Assembly: GCA_964016885.1 (NCBI GenBank)
Contig: OZ024740.1
Location: forward strand, 273,358,001 to 273,422,000
Reading direction: 5' to 3'
Length of the DNA: 64,000 nucleotides
Source of the DNA: Eledone cirrhosa
Taxonomy: Eukaryota
The stretch's first letter is position 1. Every line of letters begins with the position of its first letter. The translations under genes and the position numbers were made by a program. Below the pieces are notes generated by a model. It had not been told where the DNA came from. It did not search any database and saw only the letters and a list, made by a program, of their open reading frames with translations. Shown here piece after piece: positions 42,348-60,044 of the stretch.

Positions 42348-42580
42348 TATATATATACGTCTATCTAAAATTGTGAACACACAAACAACTTTATTTAGAG
42401 AAAGTTATATTATTTTCAATTTATGCTATTAATTTCTAGATAGGGGAAACACATTATTCAACTTATACCTTATAGCAATTAATATCATATCTATAGAAAG
42501 AAAACAAAAAAGTAAAGAAAAATGCTATTGTCTGACAAGCGAAGATATGCGTGAATATGCAAAAAACAAATGAATATATG

Positions 42581-42613
<33 letters not shown>

Positions 42614-42759
42614 ATATATATCCTCTCCACTACACTCAATATGTATATACTCCCCACACACGTGCATACATATATACATGCATGCACACATACACACATA
42701 TACGTGCATGCACACATATACACATTTATATGTTCGTGCGTGTTTGTATATATGTAATT

Positions 42760-43854
<1,095 letters not shown>

Positions 43855-46055
43855 AATGAGTGTGAGAGAGGAAAATATAAAAGAAAAAAAATTGGTTAAA
43901 AAAGCCACACTATTCTAGGAATATTTTTTATTCTCTGATTTTGTTTTTATCATCTGCCTGTTTTCACTTTTTCTACTTTCTATTGATGTCACCTTCCATA
44001 CCACTCACGTCACTAATTAACATTTTGACTCCAGTGTATAAAATTGCTCGTTATCCTGTTTGTTTCAAGATGAAAGAACAATAATTAATTTTCTGGGCCC
44101 TTATTATGCATCTTTGTCTAAGTATAAAGTTACTCATGGAACGTTTTTAATTTCTTACTTTAGTACAGTTATTACACGACCAGTGAAACATTCTATTCCT
44201 ATTAATTGGTTTGAATAGCAAGAGCACTACCCCGTAGCTCTCTCTAAATTTGTGAGAAATTAACACTTTAAATATTTAGTTTGAATTGTTTCAAATTAGC
44301 TGTCGGAAAATTATGGCCCGCTTGTTCTGTGGTCTCTTCTAAACAGATTATGTTGTCAATAGATATTTTTAACAAAATGAGAAATATGGCAATAACTTTA
44401 GATAGTATAAAAGTTCAACTGAATTGATTGCACTACTTAAAATTTGTTATTGTTAACACTGTTGAAAGAATGAATAAAAGCCTGATTGGATTTGATATAA
44501 AAATGTTAATTCATATAATTGATTACCTGAATTATTTTCAGTAATGATATCTCAGATGAGTATTAAAAGTTTGTGTGGATTTTTATTATATTACTACAAT
44601 TGTGATTTTGTGGCTGTTGATTCAGACTAACACCACTATGATCAACAGATTTCCTGCTATGACCACCCGTCTTGGTATTAGGGACAGAATTTATATGAGA
44701 TATTCAATCCATATTGTGCTTGTCTGTGTATCAGACGACAACTACTTTCCAGTGTTCTCTGTTCGTTGCCTTTTATACTATTTATGATGACAGCATGTTC
44801 CTCTTATGTGTGTCCATCTCAAATCTGTGATTGCCTACCGATTATCTGGCTGCCGCAGAATATAATCAGCTAATTGCAGTTTTCTTTTTGTTACCATGTC
44901 TTATCGTCGTCGTAGATTTGCTCTTTTAAGCCGCCATAATTTATGATAGGAGCATCGAATGAAATTTTGAGAATATCACTCAAACACATTTGATGAATAG
45001 TACACATTCTATAGGCGATTTTCGTAGTTTTCTTCTACGTTTCGCTTTCACATAGCCCCTTATTACTACAACTGTATTGATGTTGGCGATTAGTGTAACA
45101 ATGGATAAGATTTAGTACATTCGCTCTTATGGCTGATTATACGTGATATATGGCTTTATAGTGTGGTTTAAGGGAGATTTAATTGTTATTTAGATCATGG
45201 CGAATAACCAGTTATAAGTTCTTGACAAAACACAATATTAAAAATGATAATTAGGATAAGATTATACTACTGATTACCAATGAACTGGGGAGATAATTCC
45301 ATGTTTGATTCAGTTAAGAAACGAGCCTTGCATAGCCAAATATTTTATTTCCTTTCCGGCCCCAATTACAAAGAATATGTTAGCGTTTTTATTACCGACA
45401 AAGATTATATCGGTATATAAAAATTAGCGAATTATAGAGCTTCTAGGTTTTTGTTTGACCGAATAGAAATATCGCTTGTGCCTGAGAAAAAAAGACACGA
45501 TAGGAATGCATTCGTGCAATGCTATTCCGATTCAGGACTGGAATAATATAGAAACAACTATAAATTAAATATATATATATAGCTTATTAAAACCTATTGG
45601 GTCTCTTTCACTGTATTTTTCTTTGGCGAGGTTCTATGTAACATATTTATTAGCCCCATCCTTGCTTTTAATTTATATTAAATCTATCATCATATTATGG
45701 GATCTCTATAAATATTCATTAGGGAATGAATATATGTTTATATATATATATAATGGGTGTTATTATCTGGGGTTTAGCCTGTTTATAAAAAGGCAAAACT
45801 CCAGAGTTTATATATATATATATATAAAGCGAGTGTAACGTCCAGTTAATGTAGGTTCACCAGAATCAACACTCGATGCGTAGTTTCGAGTCGGTAATCA
45901 TTAATAGGACGAAGTGTTAGATATTCATTAAGTTCATTGAGGTGTGACGCGCGTTTCGCGATTGAGCAGCTCAAGGTTCGATCTGTATTGATCTGGCCCG
46001 AATCTGCAATCCAAAGCTCGTCGGATTACTGTTATAGTAGTAATATATATATATG

Positions 46056-46121
<66 letters not shown>

Positions 46122-46299
46122 AAATGGGAATTACTTCACTTGCAGTTCTAAACAATCTAATTTCATATTACACTTTTACAAAGCAAAATTGTAACATTGA
46201 AACATAAAATTAAATTGTTCAGAACTACAACTGTTATCATTCTTTCCCTTTTTTCAAATATATGTAACTCTACTAAGGATTTCCCATATATGTATATAT

Positions 46300-46388
<89 letters not shown>

Positions 46389-46758
46389 GGGTATAATGGT
46401 AGTTATGGTGCTTCCATAGACGGTATGCTAAAATTAGCACTCGATGTTCAGCAGAGTAGAGTGTAGTTAGTATAAAGGAAACGAAAAATCAGTGATGCAT
46501 CTGGACTTAGTTTATTTCGTGTTACAATTGTTTCGCCGGCAGATAGCTCGAGACATGGTCCTTGTGTGGATCTGGCTGATTCTACTTCTGCAGGTTCTTT
46601 CAGACACGGTAATTTCGTTTGGAGTAAATTTTATCACTGGGTGTTATCATCAAAAGACACCCTCAAAAAACCCTACTTCCACTCTTGTCATGCCATTGGC
46701 TGTTTTTACTCCACGTCATCACAAGTTCTGGTCAGTATATACTGCCACACACACACAC

Positions 46759-46815
<57 letters not shown>

Positions 46816-47059
46816 ATTAAATAAATGGAAACTATATTTATAAAACCATATTTATTTCATTATATATATTTCAGGGATATCATATTAACAATATGTTATG
46901 CCTTCTTCCCTGAAATATATATAATGAAATAAATATGGTTTTATAAATATAGTTTCCATTTATTTAATATCATAAATATACTCCAAATACTTGTTGAGTG
47001 CTTTTATATCAGTTATAAATATTTACTCGTTGTTAACCCAACAATTTAAATATAACTTT

Positions 47060-47091
<32 letters not shown>

Positions 47092-47093
<2 letters not shown>

Positions 47094-47280
47094 CTAAGGA
47101 GTTGCGGTAAGGAACGAAATGGACCATAACGCACCAGAGTACTCAATAATTAGGGTAGTAGAGGGAGTAATAGGAAAAAGTATGACCCCGACGGCAGAGC
47201 TCAAGTCGTTTCGACGGCTATTTCAGTCCAGAAATAGCCGACGAAACGGCTTGAGCTCTGCCGTCGAGGTCATACCATTT

Positions 47281-47284
<4 letters not shown>
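47092..47284. mobile_element. 'GACGGC' fold-back cassette in (TA)n
   Basis: Same architecture and same short-arm end point as the 29072 copy. Confidence 0.85.
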
Positions 47285-47343
<59 letters not shown>

Positions 47344-47344
47344 A

Positions 47345-47660
47345 ACGTATGTGTAGTATATTTGGCATTATACTGTATGTCTAATTAAAAGCATTTAGAA
47401 GACCATTCGCTATGATTTTTAAAGTAGTGACTATGTCACTTACTTAATCTCGGCAAAAGTTTATCAAGACCACACACTCTGCCGCCTTTGCTGAGAATTA
47501 TAGAAGCTGGAATCTTATAGAATTCCAGTAATAATCAGGAGCTGATTATACAGAGAGATTGCTGGTCCAGCAACAATTAGGTATTAGTATTCGTGGTCTG
47601 AAATAGCGATGTATATATTAATGTATATATAGTATATTTGGCAATATACTCTATGTATAT
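47345..47660 (-). mobile_element. Single-arm relative of the 40790 palindrome family
   Basis: Shares TAATTAAAAGCATTT, TTTTAAAGTAGTGAC, AATAATCAGGAGCTGATTAT and CTGAAATAGC with 40800-41150; the HHR segment is partly deleted. Confidence 0.8.
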
Positions 47661-47831
47661 ATATACATCAAGTTATCTCAAAGATTGAGCTTGAAGCGTG
47701 AGTGTATTAGAATTCGTAGAATAAGGAAGCCGTTAGTACAGCAAAATGTCATTGGGGGCACCGAAAGTGGTGATGTAATGGCAAGAATGGCGGTGGGGTC
47801 GGGAGCAGGGGAGAACTCCGGGAAAGGAATT

Positions 47832-47868
<37 letters not shown>

Positions 47869-50641
47869 TGTGAGTTGTGGCCCTGTTCGTTATGTACTCT
47901 AGCAGTTTGACAAACAGAGGTCGATAAAATAAGAGCAGACTTACATACGTACCGAAGGTGTATCACTAGACTAAACCCTACAAGGCAGTGCTCTAGCATG
48001 GCTGAAGTACAATGATTGAGAGCAGTAAAAAAATATTAATCGTTTTCTCTTTTGTTTCCTCTCTTTTTTACGTTTGTAGGTGGGGTATAGTTGCTGATGG
48101 TTTGAGAGATAATTGTAGTCAACGGCAATAGCGTTTGTTGGTAATCAGTGCCACCTAACCAAATAAAAAGAGCTTAATTATATGCTGTGGCGAGCAAAGA
48201 CACTTGCATGTTGTACACATCGGATAATGATGGCCACGGGTTTGGGCTGTTGTGTTAGAGTCAAAGAGTGAATGGAAAGGAGATAGATGTTGATTATATT
48301 AAATGGCTGAGCAAAACCAAATAAATTAAAAAACACACGCATTCAATAATAATAATAATGAATAATAAGAAATTACCACTTGTCACACAGCATATACATT
48401 ATCTGCAGAGATTCGGACATTGGTTTCGGGGAAGGGAGCTTTGTCTTTTATTATATAAATGATATTTTTATTTTGTTGATATTTTCTTTATTGAAAGTCA
48501 TCTGTGTTGTTTGCAGATGTGTGTTTTGTTGTTATTGATTGCAATTGATATATGTGCGAGTTTGTGTTTGTGTTTATGTGCGATATATTTCATTTTGTGC
48601 GTGTATGTACTTATGTGCGTATATGAGATGGCATGCGTGTGTTTGTGAGTCTCAGTTGTGGCAATTATGTGCATTTAAGTGTGCCTTTATTGCAATGTGT
48701 GACACAAATTTTGTTCTGCACCTATTTGCGTGTGTCTTCTTTGCTATTATTGTGTGTGTGTGTGTGTATGTCTGTATGCGTCTATGTGTGCGCCTTTGTA
48801 TGATTATGCGTGTGTGTGTGTCTGCATGCATAAAACAGTGTGTAAGAAAATGAATTTGCTGTGTATGTGAGCATGTAAATGTAGATTGAGCGTATTATGT
48901 TGGTCGTGCATGTAGGAGTGAGTATTTTGTTTGTTGTACACGTGTGCATGTGTGTGACTTTCTGCTTGTCATGAGTGTATGAGTATCGGCTTGTTGCGTA
49001 TGTGTATGTGGGCATCGTAGTTGTTGCGTTTGTTGTTCTTGTTTCTATGAGTATTCACACATGTGCATGATGCAACCAGAATAAGTTATTACTGTGGTGT
49101 TTGGGTATGTTGGGTATGTGTGTGAGACAAAATAGGAGAAGGCATTTTATGTCTTTATTACTGTTACAGTTGTTTTATGTGTATGCATATGTGTGTATGC
49201 GTGTGTGTGTGTGTGCATAGCTGCTTACTTTAATATTTTTATTTTTATATATTATTTTAATATCAAACCTGGAATGCGGCAGATAACTACACATATCAGT
49301 CAGTCCAGGCATCTTTTTTTCGGAGGTAGTAATGCAGCGCATTTTATTGAAGTTGTGAGCAGCGGATAGAAGATACAGAGGAGAGGAGAAGAGGACAGTA
49401 TCAGTAGTTGTAGAGGACTGCCGCAGGAACAGGTGGAGAACTTGGTGCATGCCAGTGGAGAATGTCAGGCATTGTCTTGCAAATCGTTTCTCTACAGAAA
49501 GAACGTGTAAGGTATCGAGATGATGAGATGTGGCCAGTGAGATCAGTAGTATGCATGTCACATGAACACAGAATGTGACTTTATGAACCTCAGTTGGGTG
49601 ACCTCATGAAGGTCTGTTGTAAGACCCGAAGCGCTCTGTGATTTCCGGATGTTTTGTCCAAGATTTTGCATCGGTGGATGTGTGAAAACATTCCCTCATT
49701 TTCTTTATCGTGACAAGATTAATATATTTCGAAATACATTGATTTTGTGATCGCTGTTTTTTGTTTGGTAATTTCTCATGATTTTTCATCTGGATTAACA
49801 TTGCCGAAAGAGAAGCAAAACTGAAGTCATCTCATACAGCATTTCGTATATTACATTAATTGGCACATGCTTGGTTGTGCCGCATGACCAAATACGGAAT
49901 CACCTGTAAGGCATACGGAATTATTTAGCACTCATCTATTCATATATAATTTCAGATATTTATTTGAGGTTTATATTCTGATGTAGGTAGAGCTTTGGAC
50001 AACATGATTTCTGGCATTTAATAATAATAATAATGAAATGATTGTGTACAGTGCTCAGGTGCACTGTAACTCGTCAAAGGTACATGAATAGTACATAGAA
50101 TACTATATATGTACCTTTAACGAGTTGTAGTGCACCTGAGCACTGTACACAATAATTTCATTTAGTTACACTACATTATGTTCTGAGTTCAAACCCCGCC
50201 GAGATTAGCTTTGCCTTTCATCCTTATGGGTCGATGAAATAAAGTCCTAATAATGCACTGGGTTCGATTTCATTGACTTTCGCCTTCCCTGCATATTGCT
50301 GGCGTTGTGCCAGAAATAGGAATAATTACTGATATTTATTTAGAGCAATTTTTAAATTATTATTTCAAGTTGTTTTTATGTTCATTTACTGTTTGTTTTG
50401 TTTATATATATTTTTAATATTGTGTTCTGTTCATGGTGGCTATTTCATTATTATTCTTTATTTTATTTCGTTTTTGTCTTTATTTTCTTTTATTGTTACA
50501 ATTAATTTCTTTATCATTTTAATTTGTTTGTTAATATTTGAAGTTTAAAACTGTTCCGATAAAATAGATCGCGAGAGAAGACCAAGTAAAACCGAGTGAG
50601 AAGATCGTGATACCCCCCCCCCCCTCACACACACGCGCACG

Positions 50642-50691
<50 letters not shown>

Positions 50692-51404
50692 GTGAGTAAG
50701 AGACAATGAATGGAGAGAAACAGGAAATTGGAGAATGGGCGTATATGCGCACATATGTATGTATTTCTCATTTGGATTATCTAAAAAAAATTGAGGCTAT
50801 ATTTTAAGGCGCTTATCTTAAATTTCTGAGGCTATTTATATTTTAATTTGTATATTCTGGGTGTGTAGGTGTGTTTCAACACTTTGGTAACAACCTAGGA
50901 ACCAGAACGGTTAATCATAATCCGAATACCAGGATTCCTTTAAGAGAACTGATCCACATACTAACCACTACTACTACTACAACTACTAACTTCATAACTC
51001 CCTCTCCCATGTCCCCTGACCTGTCACTACTAGAATTGGTTCGGATGTATGCTTGCGGATGGCCTAGATGTGAATATGTTTTCTACAGTAGTATATCAAT
51101 AAAAACAATCTTTATTATTATATATTTACATTGGAACGACTTGTCTGACGAAAACATATTGAATAATCTTTGATTATATGATACCTTCTCTCTTCTCTTT
51201 CTTAGTATTGATAACCTATCTAATAGTATACACCTAATACATTGTGAAATCCATGACGTCGAGTGGTTCCGCCTGATTACATCATTCGGATAAACCAACA
51301 CTGTTTATCATGTTGATAAAAAGAAAAAATTTTTCGAGGAAATTATCAGATTTTTCCAAATTTCAAAGGTTTCTTAGGAACTTTTAATGTTCATTTTATG
51401 TTTT

Positions 51405-51464
51405 ACCGTCTGAAGAGCTCAGGCTATCATAATTGATAATCCTAAGGGAAACATGTATAACGGT
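51405..51464 (+). ncRNA. Type I hammerhead ribozyme motif
   Basis: ACCGU-CUGAAGA-[stem II hairpin]-GAAA-CAUG-UA-uaACGGU, followed by a ~45-nt tail and (TA)n. Confidence 0.75.
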
Positions 51465-51502
51465 GTTTTAAATAAAACTGAAGCAACTGAATATGGCCTC
51501 TG

Positions 51503-51624
<122 letters not shown>

Positions 51625-52059
51625 TAGATAGATAGATAGATTGATAGATAGATAGATTGATAGATAGATATGTATCTATATTTAGACACTATTTAGACAC
51701 TAATTCAAACAGTCTGATTAATTACCTGATTACACACGTGATTTCACTCGTCTATCTTTATATTTATTCTTCTCTCTCTAATCCTTTCTTCCAATGAAGG
51801 ACTAACGTCCGAAACATTACATTTTTTTTTCAAATATTAACAAGCACTACACCAATATATGTCAGCATTGTCCTGAAATGTTCTCTTGTATTCATTTTCT
51901 TTGTTGACCTTCGTATACATATAATTAAGGATAGTTGCCCGAGGTGATCGAAAAGAAACCACAGCTCAATTAGTTATACAATACATTTGTAGAGACGAAG
52001 CATATTTATTTTGTATAGAAATTATACACTTAACAGAAACAGCTATAATAATTTAGATG

Positions 52060-54050
<1,991 letters not shown>

Positions 54051-55822
54051 GGGTTTCACCTTTGTCTGATTTACTCGTTGTATTTACAATCCTTTAAAAT
54101 TATAATGATATTATAATGAAATAGTATGGTAGAATATTAAATGTTAAATGTTAATTGAATACGTACTTTCATGCTTTCGCAATCTTCAGGTTCATATTCA
54201 GTGGTGACAGTCAAGTTTGCAATTTTCAACTGTAATGCGATGGCTAAAGTCTGTGCCTTATATACAGTAAAAAGGGGATACAGAATGCTAAGTTGTGCAA
54301 ACTGTATTTCTACCAATCGGTGTGTGGTTTCACTAGATTACTAAAGCTGATTGATTTAGGCGTCGTGGTTGGTTCAGCATGTCTAACGACTTCTATTTGA
54401 CCCTATCCAAAGCATCAATTGTTTTGCTATTTTTAGAAATGATGAAAATAGCATTTTCTAGGGTTTTTATAAAAAATCTTCAGTAATCATCAACATCAAC
54501 ATCACTTTTATTATTATTATTGTTGTTGTTGTTGTTGTTAGTGGTTGTAGCAGACATGGTCGTAGGCGTAGTCATAGTAGAAGTAATACCCCTGTGCATT
54601 ATTATTGTTCATTTAGCTTGGGGTGGAATTTATCAATACAATTATTTTCTTTAATTTTTCTCTTGATTTCACTTGTCTGTGTAGTTTGTAGAATGGAAAT
54701 ATTATAAATATTTTCTGACCACATGTTGCTAGATGGTTACTCAGGGGTATCTGACGAACATTTGGGTCTCTGATTTGCTGTCGGTTCTCCTGTGCACGTT
54801 CCGATAGTGCATTTCCAGTTTGACCGACATATAGTTCTTCACAATTCTGGCATTTAATGCAGTAAATTAGATTTCTGCTTTTGTAGTTCATATTTGCATT
54901 TGGGAATATTTTTCCAGTTTTTGTGACCAGTATGTATGAACTGACATGTGCCACATCGACTATCATTGCATTTAGATACAGTGAATGATTGGTCTTTGTT
55001 GTTAAGGTCAAACTTTGCCTTTGTTAGTAATTGCTTCAAATTTTTCGGCTGTCTTTTACTGAGAATCAAAGCTCGGTCTGTGATTAAACCTTTTAATTCA
55101 TTAGTTTGAGCAATGATCGGTAGGTTTGCTTGGGCAGTGTTGAAGATATTCTGGTGACATGGGTTGTGTGTCATTATAAATAGTATGACCAGCTCTTTGT
55201 TTATTCTCCCTTGGGTTGTCCTAAGTTGTTGTATAGGTATTTTTATAGCCCGCTGTATGCCATTTTCTATAAGAAGAGATGGGTATTGTGTTTGAGCAAA
55301 AGTTCTCTCAGTCAGTTCTGTTAGGCATTTGTTGCTGGTATTCGTATCTTCTACAATGGTACAAATTCTTCTGGCTAGGCAGTATGGGATGTTGCGTTTG
55401 TATGAGGTGGATGGCACGACTTAAAATTCAGATATTGATGGGTGTCTGTGTGTTTATAATATATATCCGTGGTAATGGTGGTGTCGATTTTGATTACCAT
55501 TATATCTAGGAATGGTAATTTGGTACTACTCATCTCTTTTGTAAATTGGAAAGATGGGTATAGGTTATTCAGGAGGATGTTGAATTCATCCAGACTATCT
55601 AGAGATTCTGTCCAGTTGATGATACAGTCGTCAAGGTATCTCTTCCAAGACTTTTCAATGTACTTTCTATTTCTTGGTAGAGTTGTTGTTCTAAGTATCC
55701 CATTACAGAGTTCGCGTAAACGGGAGTAAACTTCGTTCCCATCGCTGTGCCTCTAATTTGGATGTAATTCTTTCCATTGAAGAAGAATGTGTTTTTTCCC
55801 AGAATAAGTCTGACTGCGTCTA
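54051..55822 (-). mobile_element. Penelope-like element (Neptune-like), 5'-truncated and frameshifted
   Basis: YIQIRGTAMGTKFTPVYAN, RYLDD, LPFLDI, KRNIPYCLARRI, KCNDSRCGTC, NLIYCIKCQNCEELYVGQTG (GIY-YIG) and a terminal PKLN. Confidence 0.92.
54156..54200 (-). ncRNA. Minimal hammerhead-like motif in the Neptune-like 3' region
   Basis: Minus strand: UGAAUAUGAAC-CUGAAGA-UUGC-GAAA-GCAUGAAA-GUACGUAUUCA; long stem I, vestigial stems II and III. Confidence 0.55.
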
Positions 55823-55840
55823 AATATATATATATATATA

Positions 55841-56023
55841 GCGAGGGAAAAGTGGTAAGGAACCAGGTGGACCATAACGCACCAAAGTACTCAATACTTA
55901 GGGTAGTAGAGTGGGTAATAGGAGTAAGTAAGACCCCGACGGCTGAGCTCAAGCGGTTTCGACGGACAGAATTAGCCGTCGAAACGGCTTGAGCTCAGCC
56001 GTCGGGGTTTTACTTACTCCTAT
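55841..56023. mobile_element. 'GACGGC' fold-back cassette in (TA)n
   Basis: Long arm 55841-55965; inverted short arm runs to CCTAT at ~56023. Confidence 0.85.
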
Positions 56024-56275
56024 ATATATATATATATATATATATGTACTATTATGTTTACGCTAAGGCATGTCAGTATCTTAACACCAAATATTATATT
56101 TCATCTGATGAAAGCATCTGATGTAATATAATATTTGGTGTTAAGATATTGACATGCCTTAGCGTAAACTTAATAGTACATATATATATATATATGAAAA
56201 TTTAGTATCCTTGAAATACGTATAATAAAATAAATATGGTATTATAAAGATATTTTCCAATTATTAATATTTTAA

Positions 56276-56321
<46 letters not shown>

Positions 56322-56496
56322 TTTGCATACGTGAATATCTCCCATCATTAACGAAACCAAGAATCCTCTGACCTATTGATCTATTGATTTTAGAATCGGG
56401 TACGATCGATACAGATCAAATATTTATCTGATCAATTGTGAAACACGCGTCATACCTGAATAAACTTGATGATGACACTTGGACACCTCGCTCCCT

Positions 56497-56672
56497 CTTG
56501 GATTGGCACTATCGGTAAAGCGTCAGACACCCTGCTTTGAAGTATAGAGTTATGGCCCTTTCCGTTCTGAGTTCAAATCCCGCCAAGGATAACTTTGCCT
56601 TTCATCCTTACGGGGTCGATAAAATAAAGTACCACTAATGTACTGGGATAATTGCCAAAACTCGAAACAATT
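56497..56672 (+). mobile_element. SINE family A, diverged
   Basis: Consensus match with a shortened tail. Confidence 0.8.
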
Positions 56673-57077
56673 ATGTGTGTGTGTGTGTGTGTGTAGCAGG
56701 GTGCATGTAGGTACTGACGTGGGTGCTTTAGGTTTAGGTAGGTATGAGAATTTACAGAATATTGGAACATTAACTGAATGAATAGTCTGGAAAGGCGTCA
56801 CGCCTTTCCTGTATATATGCATGTATGTAACTGAAAGAATGTAGTTAGCGATTTTAGATTTTATACTCCCCATTGAAGGAATTTGTCTCTGCATATTTAT
56901 TGTTTGAATAATCTTAGCTGGTCTCAGTTATTCTCATCGCTGTAATACATAAATGAGAACCTTCGATTTGTGAGACACAAGATTGTATTCTTGATGTGAG
57001 TGGTAATGCCCTAGGGACCGCATTAGGCGATTTAGCGATCTCTCTCTATAATTCTTAGTCTTTCTCTTTTTAGATAG

Positions 57078-57108
<31 letters not shown>

Positions 57109-57405
57109 ACACCGAGGCCTTATAATATCTGTCTGCATTACGTCACTGCCTACAATTCGCTCTGCGTCCAGACCGAGCTCTTATAATATCTGTCTGTATG
57201 TCTGGCTGATGTAACTGAATGCATGTAATTAGCGATTTTAGATTTTATACTCTGCACATTGTTTGAATAATCTTAGTTGGTCTTAGTTATTCTCATCGCT
57301 GTAATACATAAATGAGAACCTTCGATTTGTGTGACACAAGATTGTATTCTTGATGTCAGTGGTAATTATGAGTTTATGCTGCCGATTCATTATTACAGCA
57401 CTTAG

Positions 57406-57590
57406 GGGGTATTGGCAGTATCGGTAGAGGGTCGGACGCTATGCTTTGACGCATAGAGTTACTGCCCTTGCCATTCTGAGTTCAAATCCCGCCAAGGTTA
57501 ACTTTGCCTTTCATCCTTACAGTGTCGATAAAATAAAGTACCAGTAATACACTGGGTAGTTGCTGGCCTTGTGCCAAAAGTAGAAACAAT
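57406..57590 (+). mobile_element. SINE family A
   Basis: Consensus match; TSD ATTATTACA(G/A)CACTTAG. Confidence 0.9.
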
Positions 57591-57867
57591 TATTACAACA
57601 CTTAGTTGAACATATATAATGGTTTCTGATTCAGGCTTAAGACCAACAACTTGAGTATTGGGGAATATCGAGAAAATCGAACCAGTGCTTTATTGGTACT
57701 TTATTTTATCGATCTCCGTAAAGCTTAAAGCCAACGCTAACCACCATGGGATCTGAACTCAGAACACAAAGGAATATTAATATTTATCTATGTCTATTTT
57801 GTATCTATATCTCTATAATTATCTATTTATCCATATATATTTATATATAAATATATATATATATATT

Positions 57868-57943
<76 letters not shown>

Positions 57944-57971
57944 GAGTGCTCTATGTAGGTAACAGAGCTTA

Positions 57972-58228
57972 ATAGTTATGTAATAAACAACATAAGGCAA
58001 TTATTTCATTCACCAGTGGTTTCTTAAAAGCAAACAAATGTTGCTTTCAATCATCAGAATGAACAGATTCTGGCGTGTTTATTGACGTTGGATTTTAAAA
58101 AAAAAATACGACGTCAATAAATACGCCAGGATTTTTTCATTCTGATGATTGAAAGCAAAATTTTGTTGCTTTTAAGAAACCACTGGTAAATGAAATAATT
58201 GCCTTATGTTGTTTATTACATAACTATA
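57972..58228. repeat. Palindrome (~120-bp arms) with a minimal CUGAUGA-UU-GAAA motif
   Basis: Inverted arms around an A-run at ~58100; flanked by (TA)n. Confidence 0.9.
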
Positions 58229-59941
58229 TGTATATATATATATGAAAATGTTCAAGACCGCGGGGCCTTGAACATTTTCCTATAACCCACTCTACTACCC
58301 TAAGTATTGAGTAGTCTGGTGCGTTATGGTCCACCTGGTTCCTTACCACACTTCCTTCGTTAAATATATATCTAAAACAGAGAATGTATGTCTGTCTGTC
58401 CGCCTGTCTGTCTGACTCCCTAACACTTGAGAACCATCCAACCTATTGTTTTCAAACTTTACACATGTAATACTTATGGGTCTGTCAGTGTTTTGAGCAT
58501 AGAATAGTTCAAATTTTCAATGTCCTAAGGATCGCATTAGGCGATTTAGTCATCTCTCTCTATAATTCTTAGTCTTTCTTTTTAGATAGATACATAGATA
58601 TAACGTTGCGCCCTTCTGTATGGCTGTCTGCATTATGTCATTATGACGCTGTGTGTGTATGTATAGTGAAAGAGTGCGCAAGAGCAAATGCGAGGGCGTA
58701 TTTATATATGTTTATATGTATCTGTATGCCTATTTCAGTACATACACGCACACACAAACATTTCTATGTAATTTAGGCACACTTATAACTAGTAAACGCT
58801 TATTTGTTTGAATTGGATGTGCATCGTACAAAGTGGGATATCTTGTTTTCGTATTGATATCATTGCGGCCAATTATTGATCATTGACCGTCATATACATC
58901 TTTTGATAATATCCAGCTTTAATTACTATCCATTGAAAGCAATCATTGGGGGAAAATTAAATCATTATAATTTATTGGCTTTTGTTCTATAGATTTATGT
59001 ACACACACATATATCTTCATTTGCTCACTGTGTTTGCCAACTATCTGTCTATATTGTGGACGATTCTGTTACGAATAGAAGCTACATTTCAATCAAACTT
59101 TTCCCTACACTCTTAGGGAAAGAAGTAAATATTAGGGGAAACTCTTGTATACGATGTTTTTTAACGAAATGATCATGGTGTACTGTATTTGTAATTCAAT
59201 CGGCCAGGATTCTGTGTTAAGCCATTTCCCATACGGATTATATTAGCTGTTATATTTTGTGATAAACTGTATAATTAAGATTAAATAATTAAGTTCCCAC
59301 TCCGTTAAATCCCGACGATCTATTTCACCAGAAAGTCCGCTTTTGGCAGAAAGTCTCTGAGACATGGCAGACTGTATCATATAATGTCTATCCTATACAT
59401 TCAGTAAATTTTCTAATTTTCTATATATATATATATATATATAATGTGGTCGCTCTAGTTGTGGAACCTACACTCACCTCATTGAAGGCATACGCATACA
59501 TTTAAATCCGGACAAAATTTTGCTGTAAAAGATCACTTCAATTGCTCATCAAAAAATCTGCTTTATGCCATTAAATGTAAAGGATGCAATGAAGATTATA
59601 TAGGACAAACTAAACTCACACTCAGAAACAGAACGACAGTTCATTGCCAACAATTACGAGATCCAACCACGAGACAGATACCACTAAGCGCACATCTAGA
59701 CATATGCGCAAGTAATAAGACACCCAAATTCCAATGTTCAGTCAAAAATATTCCTACTAACGGAATCATTTTCCCACACGCACACACACACACTACATAT
59801 ATATTCTCTTCATCTTAACATGCTAACCATACTCCCATACACACATAACACCCATACACACACATAATCCCCCCTCCACACACACATAACACCCACACAC
59901 AACTCCCTCCCGCATTTCTACTAATAGAATCATCTTCCTAT

Positions 59942-59972
<31 letters not shown>

Positions 59973-60044
59973 AGCACTCAAATAAACATACATATCTTTA
60001 CTTTCTTTATTACAATAGTAAATCTGAATTCCAGCGAACCAACC

